From a virus (taxonomy: Duplodnaviria; Caudoviricetes), in the IMG/VR virus record IMGVR_UViG_3300011339_000072, positions 1 to 28,410 of that record: 28,410 nt of DNA; one strand, 5' to 3'. Of the stretch, positions 25,363 to 28,410 are shown piece after piece. Within the stretch, counting starts at the first letter, position 1. Each line of letters starts with the position of its first letter. Position numbers and translations under genes: made by a program. The notes under the pieces were generated by a model. That model was not told where the DNA came from, searched no databases, and saw only the letters and a program-made list of their open reading frames with translations.

Positions 25363-25642
25363 GGTAGCCACCACCTGCGGCTTTGTATCGTTTAGCCATG
25401 ACTTGCGCTTTTCTCGCGCTCCATTGCCCTGCGCCAGTACCAACAATTGCCGCAGCTTTGACGCTGTTAAAAATCCGTTTACGTAAACCGGGCTTGGTGT
25501 AGTTACCAGCTTCGTTTACTTTGGATTTGACCTTCCCACCCTCTTTATACTGGGTAAAGTCAGTGTCGTCCCGCCGGGCTTTCTTCTTGCCCTTGGGCAT
25601 CTTAGAGGGGGAGATGTCCCCCATACCACGGCTTGCCATCAT
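25355..25642 (-). CDS. Small basic protein (95 aa), resembles first half of a DUF5872-like domain
   Basis: Start MMASRGMG just after the upstream stop. YKEGG motif. NYTKPGLR...GQWSARKAQ...YKAAGGGY. Confidence 0.7.
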   Translation of the reverse strand: MMASRGMGDISPSKMPKGKKKARRDDTDFTQYKEGGKVKSKVNEAGNYTKPGLRKRIFNSVKAAAIVGTGAGQWSARKAQVMAKRYKAAGGGYRD

Positions 25643-25646
25643 GATG

Positions 25647-26213
25647 TCAGCACATCTTTCCGCGGGTCTTGCCTTTAGTGGCAATACCATCTGCACGTTT
25701 GGAAGCGGAGCTCACTGAACCGCCGGAAGCATAGCCTTTGACTGCGCCGCCTTTTTTGTAATAGGTATTAGCGCGTGGCTCGTTGCTAATTCCCCTATCA
25801 TATTCGGCACGTGTTGTGGGGCTGATGTTCGCTTCCTGAAACGCTGACTCTGCTGCCGCACTCATAGGGCGTGACTTAACAGCCGGTTTAGCAGGTGATG
25901 ACGCAGGTTTCTTGGTGGGGCTAACGGTCATGGACGTACCGGCTTCGCCATATTCTCTGGCGTTTGGGTTAGTCAACATGCGTTCAGTACGTCTGTTAGC
26001 CGCTTCCATTGCGTCCATGCCAGAGTCGTCTTCCATACTCTGAGGCGCTTTGCTAGCATCTCTATCAGCAGCTATGCGTCGTTCCGCCGCAGCGGAAGTT
26101 GACTTTTCGTCTTTTTCATCGCTTTTTTTGTCGCTTGCTTTGTCGCCTTTTTTAGACAACATGTAGCCCAATGTGCCAAGAGCGGCGAGCGAAGCTAAAT
26201 TTCTACGTGCCAT
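25647..26213 (-). CDS. Low-complexity protein (188 aa) with C-terminal GG and DGIATKGKTRG motifs
   Basis: AAGGAG RBS. Short hydrophobic N-terminus, disordered-looking middle, YKKGG and YASGG motifs. Confidence 0.75.
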   Translation of the reverse strand: MARRNLASLAALGTLGYMLSKKGDKASDKKSDEKDEKSTSAAAERRIAADRDASKAPQSMEDDSGMDAMEAANRRTERMLTNPNAREYGEAGTSMTVSPTKKPASSPAKPAVKSRPMSAAAESAFQEANISPTTRAEYDRGISNEPRANTYYKKGGAVKGYASGGSVSSASKRADGIATKGKTRGKMC

Positions 26214-26223
26214 GATTAACTCC

Positions 26224-26412
26224 TTAGCAGGCTTTGCCGCCCTTGTTCATCTTAATCATTGCACCTTTGGTTTTACCCTTGGTAGCAACACCGTCTTTGC
26301 TAGGGGCAGCCGTTTTAACTTTGCCCATTGCCATACCACCACCAGCCATTTTGCTAGCGCCTTTTTTCTTGGCCATCATTGCCATGAAGCCGGGATTCAT
26401 TTTGCTTGCCAT
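26224..26412 (-). CDS. Small Met/Lys/Gly-rich protein (62 aa)
   Basis: MAGGG, DGVATKGKTKG and MNKGG motifs. GGTGGTGA RBS. Confidence 0.7.
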   Translation of the reverse strand: MASKMNPGFMAMMAKKKGASKMAGGGMAMGKVKTAAPSKDGVATKGKTKGAMIKMNKGGKAC

Positions 26413-26442
26413 AGTATCACCACCTTTAGAAAATTTGCGGTT

Positions 26443-26649
26443 CTATTCCGCGTTTGAAGAATCTTTTTTCCTGCGAATCAACTCAGCAAAAGGTTTACCC
26501 GCAATCATCTCGGTGATCCGCATGCCTGTCCACACAATCGTAAACAGTGCGGCAACCGCAGGAAGTAATTGCATTACCGTACCAATAGCCGTAACAGCGG
26601 CAACGCCATCCGCTACATTCTTTAAGGTTTCGACGTTCTCTTGGTTCAT
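26443..26649 (-). CDS. Small membrane protein, holin-like (68 aa)
   Basis: Hydrophobic core GVAAVTAIGTVMQLLPAVAALFTIVW with basic C-terminal RRKK. ATGA overlap upstream. Confidence 0.55.
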   Translation of the reverse strand: MNQENVETLKNVADGVAAVTAIGTVMQLLPAVAALFTIVWTGMRITEMIAGKPFAELIRRKKDSSNAE

Positions 26650-26969
26650 ACCATTCGCCCTTTTGTCTTGCCCTTGGTGGCACAGCCATCAGCCGCAGTT
26701 ACATAGCCCCCGTCCTTACAGTTCCATGCCCTCAAAGACTTATTGATCCGTGAATCTGGATCGTTGGCAGTCTTGGCGCTTGTCAGCTTCTTCTTCATGC
26801 CACTCATCCTTGCACAGAAGGAGTCGCGCCGTGAGCCGCCCTCGGGTTGAGGACGTTTCAATCCGGGTTTCCCGGGGTTGGCCGCGTTGTACGAAGCCCG
26901 CCCCTTGGCGTTCAAGCCACCCTTCTCGGATTTGCCCTCTTTGCGAGTCCATGCTGGAGACTTAGCCAT
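26646..26969 (-). CDS. Basic phage protein (107 aa), DUF6321-like, with appended GG/DGCATKG tail
   Basis: GGLNAKGRASY...RRDSFCARM...DPDSRINKSLRAWNC. The family name is from recall only. Confidence 0.7.
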   Translation of the reverse strand: MAKSPAWTRKEGKSEKGGLNAKGRASYNAANPGKPGLKRPQPEGGSRRDSFCARMSGMKKKLTSAKTANDPDSRINKSLRAWNCKDGGYVTAADGCATKGKTKGRMV

Positions 26970-27267
26970 AAAAAATTGTGACCGAAGTTACGTTCGTCAC
27001 AGTTCCATGAATATTGGTGCTGAATAAAACACCCTCGCCCGGAAATATAAGATACGTAGGTTGCGTAGCAGAAGCCACGGTGTTAAGCGTCATAACGGTT
27101 GCGCCGCCTGACCCGCCATCTTTAAATATCACACTACCAGCCGTGGCTGACGGAACCATATAAACAGCTTTGACCCTTGCTCTAGCAAGAGCAGTGGGTG
27201 TTTGATTGGTAAATTGCCCCGTAGCAGTTAGCGGGACACTTGCCTGTACATCCGTTTGCATCGACAT
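26962..27267 (-). CDS. Small beta-sandwich virion protein (about 101 aa), head accessory candidate
   Basis: AAGGAG RBS before MSMQTDV. ARVKAV...IFPGEGVLF...VTIFYG. Confidence 0.65.
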   Translation of the reverse strand: MSMQTDVQASVPLTATGQFTNQTPTALARARVKAVYMVPSATAGSVIFKDGGSGGATVMTLNTVASATQPTYLIFPGEGVLFSTNIHGTVTNVTSVTIFYG

Positions 27268-27280
27268 AATCAATCTCCTT

Positions 27281-27303
27281 TAAAAACGGGGCCTAAGCCC
27301 TTT
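27281..27303 (-). terminator. Possible weak intrinsic terminator
   Basis: Minus strand GGGC-TTAG-GCCC-CG-TTTTT just after the stop of 27311..27853. Confidence 0.45.
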
Positions 27304-27310
27304 GGGTTGA

Positions 27311-27853
27311 TTAGGAGTTAGCGAATGGTGTGGCAACAGTGCCTGTGCCTAACACCGTGCCAGTAACCATGTACTTGTTAGCAGCAATGGCAACAATCTG
27401 TACCCATGAACCGGCAACACCGCCAGTGGTAGTGCCATTTAAGTTAATAAAGTCATTGGCAGCGGCGGCTGAAAAGCCAACCAAAGCGGCTCCGTCTGAA
27501 TCAACGTCATTCATAACAATTGTGCCAACGTATTTATCAGTGCCGTCTGTACCAATCTTCAAAGAGCTTGTAGAGATGGTAGTAGGAACCCAGATTGTGT
27601 AAACAACGCCTTCGTTATTGGCTGTGCTTGGGTCTTGACCGGGGCCAGATGTTGTGGAGTTAGCTGAAACATTAATTGCGGGCAATGTCAATGTCAGTGC
27701 AGCCGCTAAAGAACCGCCAACAGCAATGATACGACCGCCGTGAGCTTCGGGGGTTAATGTGGTGCTTGTTGTGATGTCAACAACAGCCGCTGGGCCTTGT
27801 TGATAAATGCCGCCCAATGAACGAATTGGGCCTTGAAACGTAGTGCGTGCCAT
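27311..27853 (-). CDS. Putative capsid decoration/head fibre protein (180 aa)
   Basis: First gene after the capsid gene. T/G/A-rich beta protein (TLTLPA, INLNGTTTGG, ATPFA). AAGGA RBS. Confidence 0.55.
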   Translation of the reverse strand: MARTTFQGPIRSLGGIYQQGPAAVVDITTSTTLTPEAHGGRIIAVGGSLAAALTLTLPAINVSANSTTSGPGQDPSTANNEGVVYTIWVPTTISTSSLKIGTDGTDKYVGTIVMNDVDSDGAALVGFSAAAANDFINLNGTTTGGVAGSWVQIVAIAANKYMVTGTVLGTGTVATPFANS

Positions 27854-27859
27854 GATTTT

Positions 27860-27935
27860 TCCTTACATACAAGTTAAGTGCATCAGTCTGTATGTCGTCA
27901 GCCGGGACTGTCTAATGCACCGGATAAGCCCGGAA
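27860..27935 (-). ncRNA. Candidate structured cis-regulatory RNA (double pseudoknot) in the 5' UTR
   Basis: Three interleaved helices: 27933-27929/27906-27902, 27920-27912/27886-27878 and 27895-27889/27871-27865. The last abuts the RBS. Confidence 0.55.
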
Positions 27936-27942
27936 TGGGGTC

Positions 27943-27971
27943 AATATACACCAAATAAAAAGGGGGCACAA
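27943..27971 (-). promoter_or_regulatory. Putative sigma70-type promoter overlapping the capsid terminator
   Basis: TTGTGC (27971-27966), 17 nt spacer, TATATT (27948-27943). Predicted start near 27936. Confidence 0.45.
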
Positions 27972-27980
27972 GGCCCCCTT
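27953..27980 (-). terminator. Rho-independent terminator after the major capsid gene
   Basis: Minus strand AAGGGGGC-CTTGT-GCCCCCTT followed by TTTATTT, about 20 nt after the stop codon. Confidence 0.85.
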
Positions 27981-28000
27981 CAAATATTTCCGAAGAAATA

Positions 28001-28410
28001 TTAGGTCGAACCGGGTGAACCGAAGACACCCAATGGATCGCTAAAGCCAAAGCTGTAACGCTCACGGGCTTTGTAACGAACGTTACCTGTATCAAAGTCA
28101 CCGTCCATGCCAGTAGTCAAGGCCATACGCTCAAAGTGCTTCAGGCCGTTAGGAACGTCTGTGCACAAGAACCAAGCATTGGTGTCTGTCAGGTAGTGGT
28201 TAATTGTGTAACCTTCAGGGATTGAACCGTTGTTCTTCAACGCGTTGATGTCGTTGTCAGCGGTACCAACACGGAGGTTAGTCTCGAGCAAACGAGTAGC
28301 AACGAACTGAAGTGCAGGAGGCACAACCAATTTTCTAGGTTTAGCGGCGATCAACAAGCCACGCTCATCAGTCCAAGCGGCGATCTGAATCACAGCGTTT
28401 TCCAACGATG
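28001..28410 (-). CDS. Major capsid protein, C-terminal part (5' end outside the window)
   Basis: DERGLLIAAKPRKLVVPPAL...NDINA...NHYLTD..AWF...GDFDTGNVRYKARERYSFG.SDP.G resembles HK97-fold (Mu gpT-like) capsid C-termini. Followed by a strong terminator. Confidence 0.85.
   Translation of the reverse strand, partial: SLENAVIQIAAWTDERGLLIAAKPRKLVVPPALQFVATRLLETNLRVGTADNDINALKNNGSIPEGYTINHYLTDTNAWFLCTDVPNGLKHFERMALTTGMDGDFDTGNVRYKARERYSFGFSDPLGVFGSPGST

Noticed and set aside
27105-27128. FKDGG in the 101-aa protein as another copy of the GG tag
   Set aside because: It lies at a probable beta-turn inside a compact domain rather than in a flexible segment, so it was not counted.
26-27602. Numerous plus-strand ORFs in the track (e.g. 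198..1169, 2229..2921, 10716..11300, 16176..16451)
   Set aside because: They are antisense shadows of long minus-strand genes, with no recognisable motifs. The Pro-rich ones simply mirror Gly codons.
27895-27901. Hammerhead ribozyme (CUGACGA core on the minus strand)
   Set aside because: No stem II followed by GAAA and no correctly placed NUH site. The HDV-like P3 hairpin is also missing.
27898-28101. 67-aa minus-strand ORF overlapping the capsid end
   Set aside because: It is out of frame with the capsid gene and crosses the terminator and RNA element. Likely spurious.
1-28410. Amber stop-codon reassignment
   Set aside because: Long genes are intact in the standard code, and several TAG stops are directly followed by the next gene start or RBS.

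Overview
This window is a contiguous 28.4 kb piece of a tailed bacteriophage (Caudoviricetes) virion-morphogenesis region with a podovirus-like layout. All real genes are on the minus strand and tightly packed. In transcription order (right to left) they are: the 3' part of the major capsid gene; a terminator/promoter and a candidate double-pseudoknot RNA leader; head accessory genes; a cluster of small basic proteins; two neck/adaptor proteins; fibre and glycine-rich adhesin-like genes; a lysis cassette with a GH24 endolysin; a P22 gp10/T7 gp12-like tail hub; three putative ejection proteins; and a giant ORF of at least 1750 aa. That ORF is missing from the ORF track, runs off the left edge and carries a HExxxH metallopeptidase-like motif. 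The most interesting signals are: (1) a short hydrophobic-x-x-G-G motif recurring about 16 times across the ejection proteins and small basic proteins, plus a second shared DGxATKGKTxG tail, suggesting a virion cargo-targeting or processing code; (2) a compact structured RNA directly downstream of a promoter after the capsid gene; (3) N-terminal tags that are fused in one Gly-rich adhesin and split between a duplicated pair. Product names come from motif recognition and gene order, not from database searches.
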